This document shows positions 8,474 to 16,373 of a stretch of 24,000 nt of DNA, piece by piece (the stretch's first letter is position 1; each line of letters opens with the position of its first letter). The translations under genes were made by a program, and so were the position numbers. Source of the DNA: Terriglobia bacterium (GTDB lineage Bacteria; Acidobacteriota; Terriglobia; 2-12-FULL-54-10); assembly GCA_963662495.2 (NCBI GenBank), contig CAXVYQ010000008.1, positions 452,903 to 476,902 of the forward strand, written 5' to 3'. The notes beneath the pieces were generated by a model, which worked only from the letters and a program-made list of their open reading frames with translations, was not told where the DNA came from and did no database searches.

Positions 8474-8836
8474 GTGGCGGGATTGACCGGCGTCCTGCTG
8501 CGTTACTGGCTATCGGGCTGGGTCGATCACTGGATGCATCAGCGGTTTGGTGGAACCTTCCCGCTGGGGACGCTGCTGGCGAATCTGGCCGGCTGCTTTG
8601 CGGCCGGGTTTCTGTTCCACTACCTGACGGAAAAGACCCTGCTGGACCCCCGGGTTCGCATCTCCATCCTGGTGGGACTGCTGGGAGGATTTACCACTTT
8701 TTCTTCCTACGCGGTTCAGACGCTCTCGCTGTTTCGTGACGGCGAAACCTCTTTGGCGCTGCTGAGCCTGACGGTCTCGAACGTGGGCGGGCTGGCGCTG
8801 GCCTGGGCCGGATACGAACTATCCCGCTCAATTTGA
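8474..8836 (+). CDS. crcB: fluoride ion channel CrcB/FluC
   Basis: The conserved GGFTTFSS motif is present in a small four-TM protein. The start is uncertain: CrcB-like sequence (VLYIGV) continues in frame upstream of GTG 8474 with no start codon (see findings). Confidence 0.85.
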   Translation: MAGLTGVLLRYWLSGWVDHWMHQRFGGTFPLGTLLANLAGCFAAGFLFHYLTEKTLLDPRVRISILVGLLGGFTTFSSYAVQTLSLFRDGETSLALLSLTVSNVGGLALAWAGYELSRSI

Positions 8837-8844
8837 GGAATGCG

Positions 8845-9165
8845 ATGGATGAATCCACGGAAGGAACTCTGCTCCGCATCTATGTGGGGGAAAATGACCG
8901 GGCCGGAAAACTTCCTTTACACGAGGCCCTGGTGCTGAAGGCGCGGGAGGCCGGACTGGCCGGAGCGACGATGCTGCGCGGCGTGGTGGGCTACGGCAGG
9001 GGAAGCGTGGTGCATACGGCGAAGATCTTCTCGCTGTCGGAAGAACTGCCCATGGTGGTGGAGATCGTGGATCGGACCGAGAAGGTGGAGCGGTTCCTCC
9101 CTGTTCTGAAGCAGACAGCTCCCTCCGCGCTGACCACGCTCGAAAAAGTCCGCATACTGAGCTGA
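8845..9165 (+). CDS. DUF190 domain protein (crcB-associated, PII-like)
   Basis: LLRIYVGENDR...PLHEALVLKAREAGLAGATMLRG..GYG is typical of DUF190, which commonly follows crcB. ATG 8845 is preferred (GAGGA at 8836-8840) over TTG 8833. Confidence 0.8.
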   Translation: MDESTEGTLLRIYVGENDRAGKLPLHEALVLKAREAGLAGATMLRGVVGYGRGSVVHTAKIFSLSEELPMVVEIVDRTEKVERFLPVLKQTAPSALTTLEKVRILS

Positions 9166-9350
9166 CGCGGCTGGCACGCTTGACGAACCCCTTCTCGGAA
9201 AAATGGTCGAATCTGAAAGCAGCCCTGGCACTTTACTTCGCGTGGTACAACTTCTGCCGGGTGCATCGGTCCATCCGGATGACACCTGCGATGGAGGCGG
9301 GAGTTTCAGATAGGAAATGGACTCTTGGTGATCTATTGGATGTTATTTAA
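9162..9350 (+). pseudogene. 3' remnant of a DDE transposase gene (IS1/IS1595-like C-terminal tail)
   Basis: The translation is LTRLARLTNPFSEKWSNLKAALALYFAWYNFCRVHRSIRMTPAMEAGVSDRKWTLGDLLDVI*. The RLTN.FS.K...YNF.R.H..L..TPAM..G motif is the conserved C-terminus of such transposases. There is no start codon or catalytic region, and the fragment abuts the DUF190 stop. Confidence 0.6.
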
Positions 9351-9366
9351 ACTTTACTAAAGTTTA
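9348..9366. promoter_or_regulatory. perfect 9 bp inverted repeat TAAACTTTA-c-TAAAGTTTA
   Basis: Read directly from the sequence. It is AT-rich, centred on 9357, and lies 42 nt upstream of the ATPase start codon. Confidence 0.4.
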
Positions 9367-9375
9367 TTGCCCTAA

Positions 9376-9395
9376 GAGATAAACTGAGATAAACT
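9376..9395. repeat. perfect tandem 10-mer (GAGATAAACT x2)
   Basis: Read directly from the sequence. It shares the TAAACT core with the adjacent palindrome and ends 12 nt before ATG 9408. Confidence 0.6.
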
Positions 9396-9407
9396 CGATA
9401 TATCTTT

Positions 9408-10583
9408 ATGGACCCACGCACAAATCCTTTCGCTCCGGGTGCTGGATCGCAACCCCCTGAACTGGCTGGGCGTGATGACATTCTGGAGAATGCGGACATC
9501 AAGCTGCACAGAATCCGGAACCAGAAACCGTCCAAAAGTCTGATATTAGTTGGGCTTAGGGGGGTCGGGAAGACCGTACTGCTAAACAGAGTTTTTGAAA
9601 AAGCCAGCCAAAGCGGCTATAAGGCTGTCCTGATCGAATCCACCGAAGACAAGGCACTCTCGGAGTTGCTTATTCCGCCATTGCGGCAAATCCTGTTTTC
9701 TCTGGATGCAATGGAAAACGCTAGTGATAAAGCAAAGCGTGGCCTGAGAGTTTTGGGAAGTTTCATCAAGGGTCTCAAGGCAAAAATTGGGGAATGGGAA
9801 TTCGGCTTTGCTACAGAACCAGGGACTGCGGATAGCGGAGACCTGGAAGCGGACCTCGGGGAACTTTTCGTTGCGCTGGGAGAGGCTGCCTTGGATCGCA
9901 AGACAGCAGTCGCGATCTGCGTGGATGAGCTTCAGTATCTGAATGAACAGGAAATGAGTGCCCTGATCATGGCAATCCATAAGATTAGCCAGCGAAATTT
10001 GCCGGTTATTTTGGTTGCAGCAGGATTGCCTCAAATACTTGGCCTCTGCGGAAAATCAAAATCTTATGCCGAGCGGCTTTTCGATTACCCGACTGTGGGC
10101 CCACTGTCTAGACCAGATGGGGAGCGTGCTTTACAAAACCCTGTTCGCGCTCATGATGTTGAATTTGAAAATAACGCAATAGCAGCAGTCTTGGCGGAAA
10201 CGCAGGGCTATCCGTATTTCATTCAACAATGGGGGCATGAGTCCTGGAATATTGCGAAAGATTCTCCGATTGGACTGGAAGATGTCCGAAAGGCAAGCAC
10301 GCTTGCAATTGGGAATCTGGATAGGAGTTTTTTCCGCGTTAGATTTGACCGTCTCACGCCCCGTGAGCGGGACTATCTTAATGCGCTAGCTAACCTCGGC
10401 TCTGGCAATCAGCGTTCTGGGGATATTGCTGCTGAACTTGGAGTCAAGCAACAATCCGTTGCTCCGATCCGTTCTTCTCTTATCAAGAAAGGGATGATTT
10501 ATAGTCCAGAATATGGCGATACTGCTTTTACTGTTCCGCTTTTCGGCGCCTTTATGACAAGAACGATGCCAAAGCAATCCTAA
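9408..10583 (+). CDS. STAND/ORC-like AAA ATPase with C-terminal winged-helix domain (Arch_ATPase-like), function unknown
   Basis: The N-terminal NPFAPGAGSQPPELAGRD lead-in is followed by Walker A GLRGVGKT and Walker B ICVDELQYL. The C-terminus LTPRERDYLNAL...SGDIAAELGVKQQSVAPIRSSLIKKGMI is wHTH-like. G+C is visibly lower, about 45-53% in hand-counted 60 nt lines versus about 60% in the flanks. Confidence 0.75.
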   Translation: MDPRTNPFAPGAGSQPPELAGRDDILENADIKLHRIRNQKPSKSLILVGLRGVGKTVLLNRVFEKASQSGYKAVLIESTEDKALSELLIPPLRQILFSLDAMENASDKAKRGLRVLGSFIKGLKAKIGEWEFGFATEPGTADSGDLEADLGELFVALGEAALDRKTAVAICVDELQYLNEQEMSALIMAIHKISQRNLPVILVAAGLPQILGLCGKSKSYAERLFDYPTVGPLSRPDGERALQNPVRAHDVEFENNAIAAVLAETQGYPYFIQQWGHESWNIAKDSPIGLEDVRKASTLAIGNLDRSFFRVRFDRLTPRERDYLNALANLGSGNQRSGDIAAELGVKQQSVAPIRSSLIKKGMIYSPEYGDTAFTVPLFGAFMTRTMPKQS

Positions 10584-10702
10584 CCACCCAGCATCGCACA
10601 TTTCGGACACCACCAATTGCCACAACAGGCTACCGGAACCATTGCGGATGCGGGTAAAATGGGCCGTGGCCTCGCGCCACGAACAATCTCCTGAAAAGGA
10701 CA

Positions 10703-12118
10703 ATGACCTCGATGACGAACGGCAAGACATTATTCGACAAGATCTGGAACCGGCACGTGGTGGTGAATGAGCCGGAGTATCCCACCGTGCTCTATATCGA
10801 CCTGCACCTGATCCACGAAGTTACTTCTCCGCAGGCCTTTCAGTCGTTGCGCGAAAAGGGCCTCCAGGTGCGGCATCCCTCCCGCGTTGTCGCCACGATG
10901 GACCACAGCATTCCTACCAAGGACCGCTCGCTGCCCATCGCCGACCCGATGGCCGCCAACCAGATTCGCCAACTGGAGGAGAACTGCCGGCAGTTCGGGG
11001 TGCCGCTGTTCGGCATGAACAGCGATTTTCAGGGCATCGTACATGTCATCGGACCGGAGCTGGGACTGACGCAGCCGGGCATGACGATTGTCTGCGGCGA
11101 CAGCCACACCTCCACGCACGGCGCCTTCGGGGCTCTGGCGTTCGGCATCGGCACGACCGAGGTGGAGCACGTGCTGGCGACCCAGTGCCTGTTGCAGAGA
11201 AAACCGCAGACCTTTGAAGTTCGAGTCAACGGGGCGTTGCAACCCGGCGTTACGGCCAAGGACATCATCCTGGCTCTCATCGCGCGCAACGGCGTGGGCG
11301 GCGGCGTGGGCTGCGTCTTCGAGTTTACCGGCAGCGGAATTCAATCCCTTTCGATGGAAGAGCGGCTGACGATCTGCAACATGTCGATTGAGGGCGGTGC
11401 GAAAGCCGGCCTGATTGCTCCCGACGACACGACCATCGAATACATGGCCGGCAGGCCGTACGCGCCAAAGGACGCTGCCTGGGACGAGGCCGTGCGGTAC
11501 TGGAAGAGCCTGCCGAGCGAGCCGGACGCCCCGTTCGACAAATCCATCACCATGGAGGCGGGCGAGCTGGAGCCGATGGTTACCTACGGCACCAATCCCG
11601 GCATGGGGATTCCGGTAACGGGAGTGATCCCGCAGCCCGATTCCCTCTCCGATGCATCGTCGCGAAAAGCCCTGGAGCACTCGCTCGAATACATGGCCCT
11701 GGAGCCGGGAAAACCGTTGCTGGGCCATCCAGTGGATGTGGTCTTCATCGGCAGTTGCACGAACTCGCGCATCTCGGACCTCCGCGCGGCGGCGCAGATC
11801 CTGAAAGGGCGAAAAGTGAGTCCGAGCGCGCAGGTGCTGGTAGTTCCCGGATCGCAGCAGGTGAAGCGTCAGGCGCAGGAGGAAGGATTGCCCGAGATCT
11901 TCCGGGAGGCGGGCTGCGATTGGAGGGAGCCGGGTTGCAGCATGTGCCTGGCGATGAACGGCGACGAGCTGCGGCCGGGGCAGTACTGCGTCTCGACCAG
12001 CAACCGGAACTTCGAGGGACGCCAGGGCAAGGGCGGCAGGACGTTTCTGGCCAGCCCACTCACGGCGGCAGCCTCCGCGATTGCCGGAAAAATCGCCGAC
12101 GTCCGGACTTTGCTCTAA
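10703..12118 (+). CDS. leuC: 3-isopropylmalate dehydratase large subunit
   Basis: [10 protein letters not shown]......[32 protein letters not shown] and the Fe-S Cys ligands (GSCTNSR, GCSMCL) are present. The start could also be ATG 10712. Confidence 0.95.
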   Translation: MTSMTNGKTLFDKIWNRHVVVNEPEYPTVLYIDLHLIHEVTSPQAFQSLREKGLQVRHPSRVVATMDHSIPTKDRSLPIADPMAANQIRQLEENCRQFGVPLFGMNSDFQGIVHVIGPELGLTQPGMTIVCGDSHTSTHGAFGALAFGIGTTEVEHVLATQCLLQRKPQTFEVRVNGALQPGVTAKDIILALIARNGVGGGVGCVFEFTGSGIQSLSMEERLTICNMSIEGGAKAGLIAPDDTTIEYMAGRPYAPKDAAWDEAVRYWKSLPSEPDAPFDKSITMEAGELEPMVTYGTNPGMGIPVTGVIPQPDSLSDASSRKALEHSLEYMALEPGKPLLGHPVDVVFIGSCTNSRISDLRAAAQILKGRKVSPSAQVLVVPGSQQVKRQAQEEGLPEIFREAGCDWREPGCSMCLAMNGDELRPGQYCVSTSNRNFEGRQGKGGRTFLASPLTAAASAIAGKIADVRTLL

Positions 12119-12163
12119 TAAAACCGCAAAAATATGATCCGGGAACCGGACCCCGCTTCCCGC

Positions 12164-13387
12164 TTAACTGACCCAGTTAGCGTAGTCGAACTGGGGTTTT
12201 TCCTCTTGATGGGTTTCCCCGGCGCGGGAGATGGCGAGCTTGGTGGCGAGAGGCCCGATCATCTCGAAGACGATGATCGAGGAAAGGATCACCGCCGTAA
12301 TGACGGTGCTGAATTCGGGAAACCGCCGGCTGACCGACAGGGTCAACCCGATGGCCAGTCCCGCCTGCGTCATCATGCCGAAGCCCAGCCAGGCCGGTAT
12401 CTTCCCGCCGAAGCCGACCAGCCTCGACCCCACACTCGTTCCGACGAACTTTCCCACCATGCGGCATCCCATATAGATCGCACCCAGCACACCGATCGAA
12501 CTGAGCAGGGAGATATCCAGATCGGCGCCCGCGATCACGAAGAAGATTGCATATAAGGGTGGATCAGTCTGTTCCAGCGCCTGGAACAGGGAACGGCTGC
12601 GGGTGGAAAGATTCACCATCGTGGCCCCCACGGCAAGGCTTGCCAGCAAAGGGGACAGCTCCAGCCAGATCGCGACTCCCACGCAGAGAAGCACGCAGCC
12701 CACCAGCAGAATCAGCGACTCCCCGTGCTCGACGACCTGGGAACCCCAGGTTGCCAGCAGCAATCCGATCAGATAGCCCAAAGCAACGGAACCCACCAAT
12801 TGCCACAGCAGCGGGTAGATGGACAGGTAGAGCGACAGCCAGATGGAGGTGGTCTCGATCTGCAGGATGCCGGTGATTTCTATCAACGTGGCAACGAGGC
12901 TGAAGGCAACCAGACAGAGCACGTTATTGGTGGCGATGACGCCCATGAGGGTGTCGCTGAACGGGCCGCTCGCATTGGACTCCCGCATGACCATCAACGT
13001 GGAGGCGACGGCTGTTTCCATGGAGATGGCGCCCAGCAGCAGAGCCACCTGCCAGGGCGCCCCGTTCAAGATGGCCCCGGCCGTTACCAGCACGAAGGCC
13101 AGGCAGGATTCGATCAGAGTGAGCGAAAGCAACTGGCGTCCGACGGTCCGGATGCGGCTGAACTCAAAGACCGATCCCACCGAAAACAGGATCAATCCCA
13201 AAGTAACCTCGCTGAAGATGCTCAGTGTGTTCAGGTTCTCGTGGCTGACCCAGCCGAGCACGGATGGACCCAGCACGACGCCGGCAACGATGTAGCCGCT
13301 GACCTCCGGAATGCGGAGAAACTTGACCAGATGGCCGGCCAGCAACGCCAGAAGCAGGATGATTCCCAATGAGGCTAATTCATTCAT
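12164..13387 (-). CDS. cation:proton antiporter (CPA2 / Na+-H+ exchanger family), no KTN domain
   Basis: The N-terminus LLLALLAGHLVKFLRIPEVSGYIVAGVVLGPSVLG is typical. The 407 aa protein is polytopic. Confidence 0.85.
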   Translation of the reverse strand: MNELASLGIILLLALLAGHLVKFLRIPEVSGYIVAGVVLGPSVLGWVSHENLNTLSIFSEVTLGLILFSVGSVFEFSRIRTVGRQLLSLTLIESCLAFVLVTAGAILNGAPWQVALLLGAISMETAVASTLMVMRESNASGPFSDTLMGVIATNNVLCLVAFSLVATLIEITGILQIETTSIWLSLYLSIYPLLWQLVGSVALGYLIGLLLATWGSQVVEHGESLILLVGCVLLCVGVAIWLELSPLLASLAVGATMVNLSTRSRSLFQALEQTDPPLYAIFFVIAGADLDISLLSSIGVLGAIYMGCRMVGKFVGTSVGSRLVGFGGKIPAWLGFGMMTQAGLAIGLTLSVSRRFPEFSTVITAVILSSIIVFEMIGPLATKLAISRAGETHQEEKPQFDYANWVS

Positions 13388-13443
13388 AACACGCTAGGGC
13401 ACGCTAAAATCCGTGAGGCCAGTTACAGCCGCTTACGGCCAGC

Positions 13444-14781
13444 TTAAGGGATTAACAGTCCGATATGCTTGCTGCCGCGGTCCACCACGACAAAGGCCGG
13501 CCGCCGCTCGGGCGAGTCCAGCAAACTCAAAACTTGAGCCGGTCCACGCACCACCGTGTCGCCGATGCGCAATACACGGTCTCCAGCATGCAGCCCCGCC
13601 TCGGCCGCCGGGCTCCCCGGTACCACCGACTCGATCCGATATCCCGGCGCCGGGCCGGTAAGAATCAGTCCGGCGCCCGGCGCAAGTTGTCCGAACTCCG
13701 TCTCCGGTTGGGTTGGTGGACCGACTGGAATTCTCACGCGGCTGCCACTCCTCAGAATCTCCAACTCCAACGGCTCATCCTCCGGAGCAGGCGGAGCGGA
13801 ACCGAATAAGGGCTGCAGTTCGCTGATCTGAATCACCGGCCGGTCCCCCAGCGAAAGGATCAGGTCGCCCGGCGCCAACCCCAGCCGTTCGGCGTGCGAG
13901 CCCTTCCAGACCTCGCGGATCAGAAAACCCTCCCTGGAATTGAAATAGGCGATCTCGTCTTCATCCAGCATGTCCATCCGGATTCCGAACCGCCATAACA
14001 ACCTGCTGGTATTGCTGTTGGCCAGCAGCAACACGGCATCCACTTCCGCGGCCGCCATCGCCACGGCCTCTGCTTCGCACTGAATAACGATGGCAACCAG
14101 AGCGCCCTGAATGTCGAACAGTCCGGCGCCCAGCATCTCCAGGCCAAGTGGATGACTCGTCAGGACTACTCGCAATTGCCGTCCCTGGCATGTGGCGATG
14201 GAAGGGCCTGCGAACCATCCGGGCGAGAAAACATATTCTCCGGAGGATTGCCGGGAAATGGCCAGCAGCCAGTCGCCCAGCTTCAGGTCGCGAGTGGAAC
14301 GCATCACCGGGGGCGGCGTCGTTACGATCGGCGGCGCCCGCAGCAGCGCCACGGGCAACAGGGGCGAGGCAGCGTCGATCTGTGCAATGGACGGCGTATC
14401 ATTGTCTGTGATCCAACGCACGGTCTCCGGCACGAAACCACCCCGCACCGCGGCGACGATTGTTCCACCATCGTCCCAGAGAACACCGCTCCCGTCGAAC
14501 TCTTCCAGCCGGACCACGTGGCGGGAAAGCTCCGCGCTGAATTCGGAGAAATATTCGCTCATGTCCTGAAGCGAGGTCCGCGCCGCGGCTCGACGCAACC
14601 GGGTGAGCTCGGTCTGGGAAACGGGCTGTTGCTCCACCGGCTGATCGGCCGGACGCAGCAGGCTGCCGACCAACAGGATCAGACCCGCGGCCAGGGCCAG
14701 TATGCCGATATAGCGGAGATTGGGCCGGTCGTCGGATTTTTCTTGCCGCTCCTGCGTCATGGCATGATTATGCCTGTCCAT
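13444..14781 (-). CDS. membrane-anchored HtrA/DegP-like protein with two PDZ domains and an apparently inactive protease domain
   Basis: An N-terminal TM is followed by a trypsin-like region (GSGVLWDDGGTIVAA..., ...GAGLFDIQGALVAIV). Two PDZ-like segments follow (SHAERLGLAPGDLILSLGD and GSPAAEAGLHAGDRVLRIGD). By manual alignment, the triad positions are not His, Asp and Ser. Confidence 0.7.
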   Translation of the reverse strand: MDRHNHAMTQERQEKSDDRPNLRYIGILALAAGLILLVGSLLRPADQPVEQQPVSQTELTRLRRAAARTSLQDMSEYFSEFSAELSRHVVRLEEFDGSGVLWDDGGTIVAAVRGGFVPETVRWITDNDTPSIAQIDAASPLLPVALLRAPPIVTTPPPVMRSTRDLKLGDWLLAISRQSSGEYVFSPGWFAGPSIATCQGRQLRVVLTSHPLGLEMLGAGLFDIQGALVAIVIQCEAEAVAMAAAEVDAVLLLANSNTSRLLWRFGIRMDMLDEDEIAYFNSREGFLIREVWKGSHAERLGLAPGDLILSLGDRPVIQISELQPLFGSAPPAPEDEPLELEILRSGSRVRIPVGPPTQPETEFGQLAPGAGLILTGPAPGYRIESVVPGSPAAEAGLHAGDRVLRIGDTVVRGPAQVLSLLDSPERRPAFVVVDRGSKHIGLLIP

Positions 14782-14949
14782 CCGGCACGCTCACAACGGA
14801 ATTAATTTTGGGGTAGTGTCTCAGTTCAAAATATTGCGGGGATTTCGCCCGTTCCCAATTCGAAGTGACCCAATTCTACAGGGCGATGATATGCTGGACG
14901 GGAGCGGTGGTCCTCCCACCGACGACACCCGTTAATGGACGTGAGGATC

Positions 14950-15564
14950 ATGGAACCGTTTACCCGTCTGACCAGTCGCATCGTTCCCGTGCCGAACGAT
15001 AATATCGATACGGACATCATCATCCCGGCCCGGTATCTGAAGGTTACCGACAAGGCGGGGATGGAGAACTATCTGTTCCGCGACTGGAGGTTCGATTCGT
15101 CCGGGAATCCGATTCCCGATTTCATTCTCAACCAGCCCCGCGCACAGGGGGCGCGAATTCTGCTGGCCGGGAGAAATTTCGGCACCGGCAGCTCGCGCGA
15201 GCATGCCCCGTGGGCGTTGACCGCCTTCGGTTTTCGCGCCGTGATCAGCACATCGTTCGCGGACATCTTCCGCGGCAACGCGCTGAAGAACGGGCTGCTC
15301 CCCGTCGTTGTTCCGGAGGAGGTTCACGCGGAACTGTTCCCGATGGTGGAAGCCGACACCGGGATGGAACTCTCCATCGACCTCGAATCTCAGACGCTGG
15401 AGATTCCCGGCGGCAGGAAGGTTCCCTTTCCCATCGATACATTTTCCAAACGATGCCTGCTCGACGGTGTCGACCAGCTTGGCTACCTGGTGAAGCAGGA
15501 AGCCCACATCAGCGACTTCGAATCGGCGCACCCGGCCCCGGTCGATACGCTGTCCACCCCGTAG
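14950..15564 (+). CDS. leuD: 3-isopropylmalate dehydratase small subunit
   Basis: MEPFTRLTSRIVPVPNDNIDTDIIIPARYLK and GRNFGTGSSREHAPWAL are present. ATG 14950 gives the canonical N-terminus; the track start 14935 is 5 codons longer. Confidence 0.9.
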   Translation: MEPFTRLTSRIVPVPNDNIDTDIIIPARYLKVTDKAGMENYLFRDWRFDSSGNPIPDFILNQPRAQGARILLAGRNFGTGSSREHAPWALTAFGFRAVISTSFADIFRGNALKNGLLPVVVPEEVHAELFPMVEADTGMELSIDLESQTLEIPGGRKVPFPIDTFSKRCLLDGVDQLGYLVKQEAHISDFESAHPAPVDTLSTP

Positions 15565-15877
15565 GGCATCGCGATTCAAAACTGTTCTGTCTCTATTCTT
15601 GTAAGCCGGCCTTGGTGAAACCGTCCGATCGTTACCACCGGAGGCCGCCGCTTCCGTTGCGCCAGACTCACCTCCACCCGGGCGAAGTTCCGCCAGTTAT
15701 CCAGGCCGGGATGAGTGAAATACAACGACTGGTCCGGTAGATTTTTCACGGGATTTGCTCTGCCGGGCTGCGGGGTTGGCATCGTTCCATGGCTTCGAGC
15801 GCGCGCTTACCGGAAGCTGCCCCCGCCCCGAACCGGGGCAGGACGATGCCCGGACTGAGATGGCCGGCGCGGGTTGC

Positions 15878-16336
15878 TTACCGGCCCAGCTCGGCCAGAA
15901 CTTCCTCGGCGTGTCCGTCCGGCTTGACCTTGGGGAAAATCTTCTGAATCTTCCCCTCGCCATCGATGAGGAACGTCGTCCGCTCGATTCCCATCACCGT
16001 CTTGCCGTACATGTTCTTCTCTTTCAAAACGCCGTAGTCGGCCGCCATCCTGCGCTCCACGTCGCACAGCAGGGGAAAGTTCAGGTCGAATTTTTCCTTG
16101 AACTTCGTCTGGGCGGCCGGGGTATCGGGACTCACGCCGAGGACGGGCACCTTTTGACTCTTGAACTTCGGATACAGATCGCGGAACCCGCGAGCCTCCA
16201 CCGTTCAGCCAGGAGTATCGGCTCTGGGATAAAAGTAGACCACCACGGGATGGCCCTTGAAATCCGCCAGGCGAACCGTATTTTCGGCGTCGTCCTGCAA
16301 CTCGAATTCCGGCGCCGCCTGTCCTTCCTGCAACAT
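15878..16336 (-). CDS. bcp: Bcp/PrxQ-type peroxiredoxin with in-frame TGA (16207-16205) at the peroxidatic position; putative selenoprotein
   Basis: Track ORFs 16205..16411 and 15878..16201 share one frame and are separated only by TGA+ACG. Joined, they read ...VVVYFYPRADTPG[TGA]TVEARGFRD..., collinear with Bcp YFYPK..TPGCT..AC..RD. ATG 16336 has GGAGGGAG 5 nt upstream, and the total of 152 codons is a normal Bcp length. Confidence 0.7.
16176..16196 (-). promoter_or_regulatory. SECIS-like hairpin downstream of the in-frame UGA
   Basis: On the minus strand the sequence is GGCU-CGCGG-GUU-CCGCG-AUCU: a 5 bp GC core plus U-A, G-C and G-U closing pairs. The stem starts 8 nt after UGA, and the G/U-containing apical loop starts 17 nt after UGA. 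Confidence 0.4.
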
Positions 16337-16373
16337 AGAATCTCCCTCCGTCCTGTAACTTATCTCGCGAAAC

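Noticed and set aside
9171-9245. TGGCAC hexamers at 9172 and 9227.
   Set aside because: No correctly spaced GC -12 element follows them (ACGA at the first; GC displaced by 1 nt at the second), and both lie inside the transposase remnant.
15576-15782. 68 aa minus-strand ORF (MPTPQPGRANPVKNLPDQSLYFTHPGLDNWRNF...) in the 313 nt convergent gap between leuD and bcp, together with a GC hairpin GCCCCG-aac-CGGGGC around 15823-15837.
   Set aside because: It has no SD, mixed codon bias and no family I can recognise, and the hairpin lacks a T-run on either strand. It may be a decayed gene fragment but cannot be supported as a feature.
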